From Macrostomum hystrix (taxonomy: Eukaryota; Animalia; Platyhelminthes): 64,000 bases of DNA. The DNA lies in assembly GCA_950097015.1 (NCBI GenBank), contig CATNEN010000011.1, positions 2,604,001 to 2,668,000 of the forward strand, given 5' to 3'. This document shows, piece after piece, positions 25,183-38,200 of this stretch. Positions within the stretch are counted from its first letter, which is position 1. The number at the start of each line of letters is the position of its first letter. The position numbers were made by a program, and so were the translations under genes. The notes under the pieces are model-generated. The model was not told the origin of the DNA. It ran no database searches and worked only from the letters and a program-made list of their open reading frames with translations.

Positions 25183-25729
25183 TTTTTTAATTTGTATGTT
25201 TTAAAATGTCTTACTTCTTTTTTTGCAGGCTTGTTGAATTACACAAGTCACTACTTCTATATATATACCATCGAATGTGCTACTATATATGCGGTGTACA
25301 TAATATGCTATATTATATATGACTGATTGAGCCACTTAATATCTTAGATACCATTGTCGAAAAGCCAAGTTGTCAAAGTCTTGTCGTTTTCTGACGCAAA
25401 TGCGTGAATAATTTGGTCGAAAACATGATATGCGCGATTAGCTGCATGGGAAAAGCGTCAGCTATACTCAGCTATACTACAATGTGTAGCTATCAGCTAT
25501 TACTGTTGAAATTATTATTCGATTGGAAACTAGGCAGTACTGGTTTGACTGTTCATACGTATTAAACCAACCGCTGCAGCTAGCTGGGACAATGACCTCT
25601 TTATAGTCACGTCTTCTTGAGTCGACGAACAAATTTATGGCGCGTAGATTGTCGCTTTTGCCAGCTGGGTTGATCGGGACACCGAATATTTAATTATACC
25701 AATAATTATAACTAATTAAAATGATTGAT

Positions 25730-26020
25730 GGTTATTGATGTCGCCCCTTTTCAGCTCCTAGCTCGTGAAGCGGTCCTACCTCGAGGAATAACCGGGCCTT
25801 ATCCCTCCGCAACTCCTCAACCAATGATGTATAACTTGGTAGCTTTGGGTGTCACTGAGTGGCCAAGATCCCTGCAGGGACCAAGGGGAGAAGACCAAAG
25901 TTTGTGAAAGGTAGAACCTTGCTTGGCAGGGCTGCCACCAACTAGCTACTACGGGACAGCAAAACCCACTGACTTGACGAAACGGGGCTTCCGCTCTAGA
26001 AGAGAAAGTACTTTTGGCTC
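25730..26020 (+). mobile_element. Probable orphan 5' UTR fragment of an RTE-type LINE
   Basis: GC-richer island with a GGGGCTTCCGCTCTAGAAGAGAAAG motif reminiscent of RTE 5' UTRs (recalled from memory, unverified) and partial HDV-like topology at its 5' edge. No ORF follows. Confidence 0.35.
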
Positions 26021-28262
26021 GCCCACAAGGTCTATGGCCGAAGATATATAGTGACTGCTCTATGCGAGGTATTCTCAGGGAGTCAGCAAGAGAGAGGACT
26101 TATGTATAGAGGATTCATATGAACGAAAGGAATAACTCATCATCACGAGGCCCAGATGACGCAATGACAGGTAAATTCTCAGCTTTCGTGTCGCTTCGTG
26201 TGCTAGTTCTATGACTAATTCTAATACCCCGGCCATCAGATGTACATCAGTCTTACATTAGGGACATACGGAATACGATTCTTAAGTAAATATTATCCGA
26301 ACTTTTTTGTATGCTTATTGCATCCGTCTACTCTCGATGGACTTCAGCGGAATGTCATTAACTCCATTTTTACTATGTGGTTTGGCTCGTAACCTTAGCA
26401 GCACACAGACTTGCTCCATAGCTCCTTGCCGATGGAAAATAAGGCAGGGGTCAAAATAAAATTAAGTATTTAGTTGGCGTCAAACTAAAAAACATCGTTT
26501 CTGCATTTTGCCATAAAAAAGCATTGCTAGGAGCCCCTTTTTGTTTTTCTATTTTAAATCCGGAGATCATACATTTCGTGCATGACACTTTTAAACGTCA
26601 GGTTTGGAATTCAACTTCTTTTATTCAATCACATTTATTTGTCTCCCAAACAAACTCTGTGTATCTTATTTTAACGGCAAGCTAGGAAGCTACAAGTCAT
26701 ATTTTACAGGCACCAGGCACTTCACAGGCACATCAAGTCTCACATTGCTTGAAGAGCATCGCACGCTAGTATTCTTCACAAGCTTGTGCAAGTTGTGTGA
26801 ATGCTTATGTGACGAAAGTCAGATTTTATAGGTTTTGTAAAAGTATTGTGAATAATCTTAATTCAGTGACCTACTATTTCCTCCTATGTTATACTTCTTT
26901 AAGGAAATATACTTCTTGTTATCGAATCGAAAAAGTTTTTATATAAATTGTTGTAGTGCTTCTTCTATATTGCACTTTCCTAGTAAGTAATTCAACTTCT
27001 CGTCTTTAGTAAGTGCAAATGGTGGGCCTAACTTCCTTATTTATTGTTTTCAGTAACTTAAAGTGACCTATACAATCATTATACCGCACCGCCGTTGGGT
27101 GGATTGATTCAAACTACTGATAGTTTGGGTAGCGTGGCTCTTAACACGATAGGCCCTAGTTCTGGCCTTCTGCCAGTAGTATTCTAGATATTAGATCTAG
27201 GCAATTCTGGAGACACTGCTCTCAGATGTTTCAGACACTTTAGTCAGATAATTCAGGCTCTTTGGCCAGTCTGTACTTGGGCTTTTTCCCGGATCGGTTT
27301 CAGTAACAGTTTCCCCTCACTTTGAAATAAGTAGGTAAGGCTTTTTGAGTATGCTCACAAAGAGACTGAACTGTTTATGCTCCAATTTAATGGCAGACCA
27401 AACAGTTAGCTTCCTATATGAAAAACCCTCTGTATTTATACCAAAATCCTATTGAATACTCCCAGTATATTTCAGTGGAGTAAAACAAAGATTAGGCCTA
27501 TGTATATAGATATTTGTAGCATATAAAAGAATAGGGGCCTATATAAAAATAGTTCATGTGCTAGTTTAATTTGGCCAATTAGGGCCCTTTACAAAAATGA
27601 CCACCTAACTTTTCATAAAAAGTTATTAATAGTTACAAAAATAGAACTATAAGACCAAGCTTTTTTGACTCACTATATTTAGATCTTAATCTATATACAT
27701 CCATGTCAACTTCATAAATTGTAAATAAAGAATAGGGCCTATCTAGCTAGCTTGGCCACTTGACTATGGCAATAGCCAGACTCAGTTAATAAGCACCAAT
27801 AGCAATAGCAGTGATTTATTAGATTTCATTCTTTATGAGTAGGCATTATTGGAATATAATTTAATGCTTTATTGCTTTTTTAGAATTTTTTAATCACAGA
27901 ACAGGATTACTTTACTTAGAATACAAAAAGTTCATAAAATATTTTTAAGAGTGCTTACATTTTTATTTAAAAAATTCGTTTTAGTCTTTTTCTTTGATTT
28001 TTAATGATTGTTAAGCTTTAAATGTCATACAATAACATATGTAGGCCCTATGCCTTTGAGTATGGTCTAAAGATTTTTCTGTGTCTTTTCATTACCAAGC
28101 ATCAAATCTTTGTCATCAAAATGACCTAGCTTCTCATGTGATGGTATTGATTTTTAACGGTGGGCATCTCTATATAGAGGATAAGATAGTTTCAAGGATA
28201 TATCCTAACATGGGGCTACTTTAACTAGGCGTCCATTTGTGATTTTTGGGTATGCATAAGCA

Positions 28263-29617
28263 GTTCTGACTAGTGCCCCTGAAGTTCTGACTAGTGCCCC
28301 TGAAGTTCTGACTAGTGCCCCTGAAGTTCTGACTAGTGCCCCTGAAGTTCTGACTAGTGCCCCTGAAGTTCTGACTAGTGCCCCTGAAGTTCTGACTAGT
28401 GCCCCTGAAGTTCTGACTAGTATCCCTGAAGTTCTGACTAGTATCCCTTTAGTTCAGACTAGTATCCCTGAAGTTCAGACTAGTATCCCTGAAGTTCAGA
28501 CTAATATCCCTGAAGTTCAGACTAGTATCCCTGAAGTTCAGACTAGTATCCCTTTAGTTCAGACTAGTATCCCTGAAGTTCTGACTAGTATCCCTTTAGT
28601 TCAGACTAGTATCCCTGAAGTTCAGACTAGTATCCCTGAAGTTCTGACTAGTATCCCTGAAGTTCAGACTAGTATCCCTGAAGTTCAGACTAGTATCCCT
28701 GAAGTTCAGACTAGTATACCTGAAGTTCTGACTAGTATCCCTGAAGTTCTGACTAATATCCCTGAAGTTCAGACTAGTATCCCTTTAGTTCAGACTAGTA
28801 TCCCTTTAGTTCAGACTAGTATCCCTTTAGTTCAGACTAGTATCCCTGAAGTTCAGACTAGTATCCCTGAAGTTCTGACTAATATCCCTGAAGTTCTGAC
28901 TAGTATCCCTGAAGTTCAGACTAGTATCCCTTTAGTTCAGACTAGTATCCCTGAAGTTCAGACTAGTATCCCTTTAGTTCAGACTAGTATCCCTGAAGTT
29001 CAGACTAGTATCCCTGAAGTTCTGACTAATATCCCTGAAGTTCAGACTAGTATCCCTGAAGTTCAGACTAGTATCCCTGAAGTTCAGACTAGTATCCCTT
29101 TAGTTCAGACTAGTATCCCTTTAGTTCAGACTAGTATCCCTGAAGTTCAGACTAGTATCCCTGAAGTTCAGACTAATATCCCTGAAGTTCAGACTAGTAT
29201 CCCTGAAGTTCAGACTAGTATCCCTTTAGTTCAGACTAGTATCCCTGAAGTTCTGACTAGTATCCCTTTAGTTCAGACTAGTATCCCTGAAGTTCAGACT
29301 AGTATCCCTGAAGTTCTGACTAGTATCCCTGAAGTTCAGACTAGTATCCCTGAAGTTCAGACTAGTATCCCTGAAGTTCAGACTAGTATACCTGTAGTTC
29401 TGACTAGTATCCCTGAAGTTCTGACTAATATCCCTGAAGTTCTGACTAGTATCCCTGAAGTTCAGACTAATATCCCTGAAGTTCAGACTAGTATCCCTGA
29501 AGTTCAGACTAGTATACCTGAAGTTCTGACTAGTATCCCTGAAGTTCAGACTAGTATCCCTGAAGTTCAGACTAGTATCCCTTTAGTTCAGACTAGTATC
29601 CCTGAAGTTCAGACTAG
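28263..29617. repeat. 21-bp minisatellite (GTTCAGACTAGTATCCCTGAA)n, ~64 copies
   Basis: Tandem array upstream of the sulfotransferase ATG. The acceptor tttatttcag at ~29697 suggests a 5' UTR intron. Confidence 0.95.
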
Positions 29618-29725
29618 TTTTTACCTTTTCCGTTTCTCTATATTATTGTATATTGTATTTTCTTACTTAAAATTTCAATTGAATTGTTTTATTTCAGCCG
29701 AACAGCTATTGCAAACTGTTTTACA

Positions 29726-32606
29726 ATGCCACGCAAAACTCATGATCTCATTGTGATTGGTGCAGGCGCAATGCGCACAGGTACCGTAACACAAAAGGCT
29801 GCCCTTGAAATACTGCTAGGTCAGCCGTGCTATCACATGGGCGAGGTGATGAAGAATGCTAGGTGAGTGCTTCGATTTTGGTAGCTGATATTTCTACTGT
29901 AAGTAGCGTGTTTAGCAAGTGCGCAAAGTTTTCACGAATTTTCCCCATCTCAGGCGCCACATTCCTCTGTGGATTGAAGCGACAGAGAATGGCCTCACCA
30001 AAACCCTAGCCGATGAGATTCTACAAGGCTATGGCGCCTGCACTGATTATCCCACTTCCGCCTTCTACAAGGAGCTGATGCTGCACTATCCAAATGCCAA
30101 GGTAACTAACGCCAAGCTGCCTTTAGCTAGAGAGACAGATAGTAGAGAATTAAATAAACTGAGAAATTAGTGAACTCTTGAGGTTAGGATAAAGGTGGGG
30201 AAAATATTAGGAGAAACGACAATATTCGCGAGAAATAGGATAGAGAATTGTCAGAGAAAGGGTGAGATTTGTGACTGAAATGGTGAGATTTGTGACTGAA
30301 ATGGTGAGGGTTGTGACTGAAATGGTGAGATTTGTGACTGAAATGGTGAGATTTGTGACTGAAATGGTGAGAGTTGTGACTGAAATGGTGAGATTTGTGG
30401 CTGAAATGGTGAGATTTGTGACTGAAATGGTGAGATTTGTGACTGAAATGGTGAGAGTTGTGACTGAAATGGTGAGATTTGTGACTGAAATGGTGAGGGT
30501 TGTGACTGAAATGGTGAGATTTGTGACTGAAATGGTGAGATTTGTGACTGAAATGGTGAGAGTTGTGACTGAAATGGTGAGATTTGTGACTGAAATGGTG
30601 AGATTTGTGACTGAAATGGTGAGATTTGTGACTGAAATGGTGAGAGTTGTGACTGAAATGGTGAGATTTGTGACTGAAATGGTGAGATTTGTGACTGAAA
30701 TGGTGAGAGTTGTGACTGAAATGGTGAGATTTGTGACTGAAATGGTGAGATTTGTGACTGAAATGGTGAGATTTGTGACTGAAATGGTGAGAGTTGTGAC
30801 TGAAATGGTGAGATTTGTGACTGAAATGGTGAGGGTTGTGACTGAAATGGTGAGATTTGTGACTGAAATGGTGAGATTTGTGACTGAAATGGTGAGAGTT
30901 GTGACTGAAATGGTGAGATTTGTGACTGAAATGGTGAGATTTGTGACTGAAATGGTGAGATTTGTGACTGAAATGGTGAGAGTTGTGACTGAAATGGTGA
31001 GAGTTGTGACTGAAATGGTGAGATTTGTGACTGAAATGGTGAGAGTTGTGACTGAAAGGGTGAGAGTTGTGACTGAAATGGTGAGAGTTGTGACTGAAAG
31101 GGTGAGGGTTGTGACTGAAATGGTGAGATTTGTGACTGAAATGGTGAGAGTTGTGACTGAAATGGTGAGATTTGTGACTGAAATGGTGAGATTTGTGACT
31201 GAAATGGTGAGAGTTGTGACTGAAATGGTGAGATTTGTGACTGAAAGGGTGAGAGTTGTGACTGAAATAGTGAGAGTTGTGACTGAAAGGGTGAGAGTTG
31301 TGACTGAAATGGTGAGAGTTGTGACTGAAAGGGTGAGAGTTGTGACTGAAATGATGAGAGTTGTGACTGAAATGATGAGAGTTGTGACTGAAATGGTGAG
31401 AGTTGTGACTGAAATGATGAGAGTTGTGACTGAAATGATGAGAGTTGTGACTGAAATGGTGAGATTTGTGACTGAAATGATGAGAGTTGTGACTGAAATG
31501 GTGAGATTTGTGACTGAAATGGTGAGAGTTGTGACTGATAGGGTGAGAGTTGTCACTGAAAGGGTGAGAGTTGTGACTGAAATGGTGAGATTTGTGACTG
31601 AAATGGTGAGAGTTGTGACTGAAAGGGTGAGAGTTGTGACTGAAATGGTGAGATTTGTGACTGAAATGGTGAGAGTTGTGACTGAAATGGTGAGAGTTGT
31701 GACTGAAATGATGAGAGTTGTGACTGAAATGGTGAGAGTTGTGACTGAAATGGTGAGAGTTGTGACTGAAATGGTGAGAGTTGTGACTGAAATGGTGAGA
31801 GTTGTGACTGATAGGGTGAGAGTTGTCACTGAAAGGGTGAGAGTTGTGACTGAAATGGTGAGAGTTGTGACTGAAAGGGTGAGGGTTGTGACTGAAAGGG
31901 TGAGGGTTGTGACTGTAATTGTGAGGGTTGTGACTAAAATGGTGAGAGTTGTGACTGAAATGGCGAGAGTTGTGACTGAAATAGTGAGAGTTGTGACTGA
32001 TAGGGTGAGGGTTGTGACTGAAATAGTGAGAGTTGTGACTGAAATGTTGAGAGCTGTGTTAGAATTGTTAGACGTGAAGAAAAAAAGGCTAAGCTATCTG
32101 AGGCACAGATATTGAAATAATTTATTTCTAAATTTTAGGTAATCCTAAGCGTGCGCGATCCAAACACCTGGATAGAGAGTGTCCAGGGCAGCATATTGAA
32201 GATGTTTCACGCTATGGAGTCGACGCCGAAGCTCCTACTGTGGCTGCTGGGCATTCACCAGAGTGCCCGAATGGTTCGCGGCGTTCTGAGCCGCGAATTT
32301 GGCGCGGATTTCGACCTAGCGGACACTGAGTCCATGAAGAAGCTGTTCGCGGCTCGCAACGACGCTGTCAGGCGAGCCGTGCCACCGGAGAGACTGCTGG
32401 AGTTCAGAGTGTCGCAGGGCTGGGGTCCATTGTGCGAATTTCTCCAACTGCCAGTGCCCAGTGCGCCGTTTCCCAGGCTCAACGATCGGGAGCATGTTGA
32501 ACGCGTGCTGAAGGCTGTCACCTTGGCTGGGTACCTTGGCAACGCCGTGATCACTGGCAGTTGCATCGCCCTAGCGGTTTGGCTTGGAAATAAGTTTCTA
32601 GCTTAA
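29726..32606 (+). CDS. Sulfotransferase, Sulfotransfer_4 (P-loop-like) family
   Basis: Exons 29726-29862, 29954-30101 and 32139-32606. Motifs: VIGAGAMRTGT, ALEILLGQPCYHM, YGACTDYP, YPNAKVILSVRD, VPPERLLEFRVSQGWGPLCEFL..PVP..PFPRLND, plus a hydrophobic C-terminal tail. Confidence 0.92.
30262..32045. repeat. 21-bp intronic minisatellite (GTGACTGAAATGGTGAGATTT)n, ~85 copies
   Basis: Lies in intron 2 of the sulfotransferase; stop-free in two frames, giving the artefact ORFs of 540 and 617 aa. Confidence 0.97.
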
Positions 32607-33027
32607 GAAGAACATGTCCTGTCGTTAATGACTCAAACTGAATAGCCTCTTCAGCGAATGGCAACAAGAATCTTTGAAAGTTGTTTCATCTTAAAGAGCG
32701 GAAAAAATATCGGTCATTCGGTTTGGGAGTATCGTGAAAGTCTTTGTACTGTTAATGAATCTAACAAAGTAACCACATTATAATTTATGGTTCCATCGCG
32801 TGTTGTTAATTAATTTTCCCATTTTCATCAATTATTCAAAGTTGCACATCTTTCGATTATATTAGGATATATTTTCATAGAATGTTTTTTCAGCTTAATC
32901 TGACGATTGTATAAAAACTGTTTACGAAAAGTTATTTTTTCTACTAGTGTACTTTTAGCTCTCTATTGTTTTTATAGCTGTACTCATTTATTTCCGATAC
33001 AGATTATGAAAATAAATTATTTAATAG

Positions 33028-33188
33028 ATTTCTCTATAGAGTTTTTTTAATAAATAAATTCAAATCAACAAAAACTATTAATCAAGAGTTCTATTTACTC
33101 GCTATATTTTTAGTGCAGTGGTAAAAATTACTTTTAAGCCCCCATCGTCGAAGCATGTGATAATTTTGCACTATTACTCGTATGCTGC
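33028..33188. repeat. ~160-bp dispersed repeat, second copy at 55561-55720
   Basis: Near-identical ATTTCTCTATAGAG...GAGTTCTATTTACTCGCTATATTTTTAGTGCAGTGGTAAAAAT...TACTCGTA(T/C)GCTGC in both places, same orientation. Confidence 0.85.
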
Positions 33189-33189
33189 C

Positions 33190-33500
33190 ACCGTCACCGC
33201 TGTCGCCTTCGAAGACGCCGGCTACGATTATGCTGACGGCTACGGCTACGGCCAGACAGACGGCGGACTGATCCGAACCTCGGCGTTTCTTAACCCGGCC
33301 GCGGCGGGCAAACCGCTGCCCATCAGCCGAGAGACCACCGCGCGCGAACTGGCCCGCCGTGCCCACATGCTGGGCCTGAATCCGTCTCACTATGGCGTTG
33401 CTATGGAAAATTATGAGGACGAAATGGCGCCAGCTGAGCTAGTTGCTAGGCATCCAGGTGTGGTGCCGCCGGGGTTCGGACGACCCACCAATGGCAAGGT
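33190..33500 (+). other. GC-rich coding-like gene fragment without start or splice acceptor
   Basis: Open frame TVTAVAFEDAGYDYADGYGYG...ARELARRAHMLGLNPSHYG with codon-like GC bias, abutting the 160-bp repeat. Confidence 0.4.
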
Positions 33501-34451
33501 CAATGGGGTCAATGGGATCGGTGGTGTTTGCAGAGCAGGGTTTTGGGGTGAGCATTTCTATATTTTGAGCTTGAATACAAATGACGTATAACTGTCAACA
33601 ACTGTCTTTCCGATAATTTAATATTATCAGGTCACATGACATTGTTTCTAAAAATAGCATGTGCAATGATGACTCACTCATAAAAAAAGATTAACAGCTA
33701 TGACTTCGATTTCCCTGAACTATTACTTTAAGTAGCTCGTTGAGCATGCTGTATGATACACTCTACAAACCCTGTACAGATTTCATAAGGCCGTCAGCCG
33801 AGAAAAATATGCAATGTAAATACAACGCAAAAATTTTGCTATGGCCAGTGGACTTGCGAAACATGTGTGCTGTGAAAATATGTTTACTACTGCAATCCTT
33901 GAAGGTTGCTAAGCTCGTCTTATGAAGTTATCTTCTACTTAGCTCTAATCAAATTCCTCATCAATTGCTTCCCAGGACCCCCATATTTCATCCGGGACTG
34001 GTGAAGGATTCGCCGACTTCGCGACAGGACGCCATGCTACAGCTGTCAACAATTCGTCAGGGCCTGCTAGACAAACAGAAAGAGATTGAAACATCATTGT
34101 CAGTCAGTTAATTTTTAAATAGCATATTTTATATAGCAAACTTTGGTAATAAAAGTCTGCTACTAAAATATCTGCAGGCAGTATAATTAGGTATTTCCCA
34201 CTTTTAAACAGTGTGAAATTCGTTTTCTAAGTTTTTTTAATCAATTTATCGTCATGAACATTCCACTATTTGATTTTACGTGCAGTGCTTCTGTTAAAAA
34301 TGTTTAAATAAATTTTATGTAAATTTTAAGCGACGGCACTAAATATAATTTGGAGTTTGCTAGTCGTCTGTCCTAGTAAAATAACTACATTAAAACGCAA
34401 AAATTTTCAAAGAAAATCATGCAACTATCTTTATAGTGTGCGCGCTTTAAT

Positions 34452-34845
34452 CATGGATGAATGAATAGAATGGATTGCTATTCTGGCTCTGGCTATTTTC
34501 GTTTTTGACTCTTTTGCATCCGGTTCCCCTCGTGCTTTTTCATTGGTTGATGATTGCCATAGACAATTTTCGGCCTTCGCGCTACTGTGCTGCACTAGAA
34601 TGTCTATCCAAGGACTTCTATATAATAGCATAGATGCTATTATATAGAAGTCCTTGGTCTATCTCTGCAAGTAACCGACATTCTCAGTTCTTTGCGCTTG
34701 TGCATCGAAAGAAAGGGGCGAAGACCTAAAATTGTCTATGGCAATCATCAACCAATGAAAAGGCACGGGGGAACCGGATGCAAAAGAGTCAAAAACGAAA
34801 ATAGCCAGAGCCAGAATAGCAATCCATTCTATTCATTCATCCATG
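34452..34845. mobile_element. MITE with ~128-bp TIRs and 8-bp TSD GCTTTAAT, containing a nested 50-bp palindrome
   Basis: Arms 34452-34580 and 34718-34845; TSD at 34444-34451 and 34846-34853. The inner palindrome at 34608-34657 is flanked by TCTAT direct repeats. Confidence 0.88.
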
Positions 34846-35236
34846 GCTTTAATGCTCCTCTTGTAGGTAGAAATTGTAGGTAGAGTGTTGCGCAAATATA
34901 TGCTACCTTGTTGACTTCAATTTTTGGTGCCGTCAAGTTTGGGTTATATAATACGTTAATACGTTATAGGTAATTAGTTTTTTTCTTGAAAATTGAAGGG
35001 AACTATTTATAATTGTCATTATGTCATTAAGAATATTCACGACTAGTAGGAAAAAGTGTCGAGAACGCTTTGTGCTCGAGCATTATGTGTATTTCACAGA
35101 GAATTAAAAGAAAGCGACAAATATACGTATTAAAAACTACAGACATTTTCGCAAAAAACCACAGTGTCATCTCCTTTTTGGTGACCTTCTTTTTGGTGAT
35201 CTCATAAAGAAAAAAGACTATATTTTCTTGGTGTCT

Positions 35237-38200
35237 CTAAATGTCATTTTCACGCGGTGATTGACCAGCCGGATCTGAAAAGGTAATAGCAGGGGTTACA
35301 GGAAAGCATCGGGATCATTTAATTTATGTATTCATCAGAAAAGTAAATAACTCGCGCTTCTAAAAATTAAAGGTTTCAGACAAATAGTTAGATGAGACAG
35401 ATGTATAGTTTGATCATAAAAAAGATCCAAAGACTACACGATTTGCAAAAAGCTGTTAACTAATACTCTTATTTAAAAGTATTCTTTTTTGTTAACTTAC
35501 CTTCGTCAATTTCTTTTAACTCCTCAGCCATCCCGCTGTTGGGCATGTCCGAGGGGCCCTCTTCTTCAAATTTGCAAATGTGCTGCAGAATCGCTGCACA
35601 AAATGCATTGCCCATGACATTGACGACTGTGCCGAATCTATCTCTGCAATTTTGGGGGTCATAATTTGTGTAGACACGGTATTATTTACTCGTAAGTCAG
35701 CTTTTGAGGTACGCGATTGTAGTGACCGCTAATTGTTACTATCACTGCAAGACAGATACCTAACAGTTAGACAGAGACTTAATCCATTCAGATTCGCTGA
35801 GATCCACGAGTTAGACAATAAATGCTACATTGCATAGATTGTCTATGCGTTAGAGCTAGGGTACTTAGGGGTACTACGATAAGGAGGAACTTCATCTAAT
35901 GAGACGTGGATCCGGGCTCTTCGCAGCAGGTCACAATCCAAGGAAAGAATTAATGTTCTGGCCACGGTATTGTTGATATATTCGCACAGGGTCACAAGGT
36001 GCTAAGATCTTGAAGGTTATAAGCGAAAACAAATGCAATATAAAGTCAGTTGGAAGTGTTGTTGTCACTGCAGCTAAAAAGAGAAAGGATACTGTAACTG
36101 GTACTATACAGGATTTCACTCCTTTTCGCTTCATTTCTTCTAAACATAGAATACGAACGATCCTTAAACACCAGTTTTCTACTAGGCAAAACTGTAGAAA
36201 GCGACTCAAGTAATTAGAGTTCCCTTTCAGGAAAATCATAATGAAACTATTCTCGGTCCAGGTCAAACACTGACGTTTACATACAACGGTTGGTCGTCTC
36301 TGGTTAGCGTGCATTGTCTGAAGAGCGGCTTCTATCTGACGTTTCAGTTCAAAACAAAAGGTGGGGCGGATGATGCTCGTGCTGTCTTAATGACTTCACT
36401 GGCTGGTCAAACTTTATTAGGTAATATTCTTAGCTTATTATTTAATATTACAGCGTTGAAGCACAGGAAGCTCCGTCTGCCTTTCTACCAGCTACTTACG
36501 TAGAAAGTTTAATTAAAGAGAAATGCGACTCTCACATTATCCAGTCAACTGGCATAGACCAATCCCAAATAGCCAAAACGACCTGAGCCGGCAAGCCGAA
36601 AGCAGGGCCCACAATTCCTATTGTATATTTAACTCCACGAGGTACGCCAGGCGTGCTAACAGAAGCAATCATTGCTAGAAAGCTGCGGATTGATATAGCG
36701 ATATTTTTCTGGGCTGAACTGAGTAAGATATGAGTCTTTTTAAACAATGTTTGCATTGATATTTTCACTTCAGTCTAACAGGTGGTAATCCAGTCTAACA
36801 GGTGACACAGTACTTCTCACCTGGCGGTTATTATCTGAACAGGGGTAAGTCTGATGTCAAAAACCTGCGCCGTGAAAACACCAACCGCAGCAATGTACAT
36901 CGCAGCTGCGTTCATGTTTAGTATTCTACCAATTGGCAGCACAATTCTAGTGATTCTCTTATCAATGCCCAGGTTGTCCTCCGTGCAATGGAAAGTGATC
37001 GGCAGGGTGATAGCTGAGGATGAGGTGCCAAAAGCCGTCACACAAGCCTGGAAGGTGCCCAGAAAAATTTTGATCGGACTCCTCTTAACCAGAACCAGGT
37101 AGGACAATGCCTGAAGGCAGGTTTGCAATACAAAGCCAGTTAGCACAATCAGTAAGAAGTAGCCAAGTTCTTGAAATATCTCTTTAGCATTTGGTTTCTT
37201 GCTCAATTCCACAACTTTCAATGTAGAATACATCAGTAACGAGAACACCCCAACCGGTGTGTACCTTAGTTTAGTGAGGTGAGAGGTTAGATCAAAGTTT
37301 AAATGTCAACCATTGAATACGTTGCATTAAAATAAAAGAAGTTTGAAACGATTTTGCCACGGCTCATACGCTTGCGTCAGTTGTGGTTTGGGTTGGTTTT
37401 GTATCAGTTCGAGATTGGGTCAGTTAGAGATTGGGTCAGTTAGAGATTGGGTCAGTTAGAGAATGAGTCAGTTAGAGATTAGGTCAGTTAGAGATTGGGT
37501 CAGTTAGAGATTGGGTCAGTAAGAGATTAGGTCAGTAAGAGATTGGGTCAGTTAGAGAATGGGTCAGGTAAAGATTGGGTCAGGTAAAGATTGGGTCAGT
37601 TAGAGATTGGGTCAGTAAGAGATTAGGTTAGTTAGAGATTGGGTCAGTTAGAGATTGGGTCAGTTAGAGAATGGGTCAGTTAGAGATTGGGTCAGTTAGA
37701 GATTGGGTCAGTTAGAGAATGGGTCAGTTAAAGATTGGGTCAGTTAGAGATTGGGTCAGTTAGAGATTGGGTCAGTTAGAGAATGGGTCAGTTAAAGATT
37801 AGGTCAGGTAAAGATTAGGTCAGTTAGAGATTGGGTCAGTTAGAGATTGGGTCAGTTGGAGATTGGGTCAGTTAGAGATTGGGTCAGTTAGAGATTGGGT
37901 CAGTTAGAGATTGGGTCAGTAAGAGATTGGGTCAGTTAGAGATTGGGTCAGTTAGAGATTGGGTCAGTTGGAGATTGGGTCAGTTAGAGATTGGGTCAGT
38001 TAGAGATTGGGTCAGTTAGAGATTGGGTCAGTAAGAGATTGGGTCAGTTAGAGATTGGGTCAGTTAGAGAATGGGTCAGTTAGAGAATGGGTCAGTTAGA
38101 GATTGGGTCAGTTAGAGATTGGGTCAGTTAGAGATTGGGTCAGTTAGAGATTGGGTCAGTTAGAGATGGGGTCAGTTAGAGAATTGGGTCAGTTAGAGAA

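Noticed and set aside
28263-29617. Regular arrays as possible CRISPR loci (also 52566-52821 and 53239-53720)
   Set aside because: Head-to-tail repeats with no unique spacers, no cas genes and a eukaryotic context.
30207-32115. 540-aa and 617-aa ORFs on opposite strands (TTLTISV / VTEMVRF repeats)
   Set aside because: Translation of a stop-free 21-bp minisatellite inside a well-defined GT-AG intron of the sulfotransferase.
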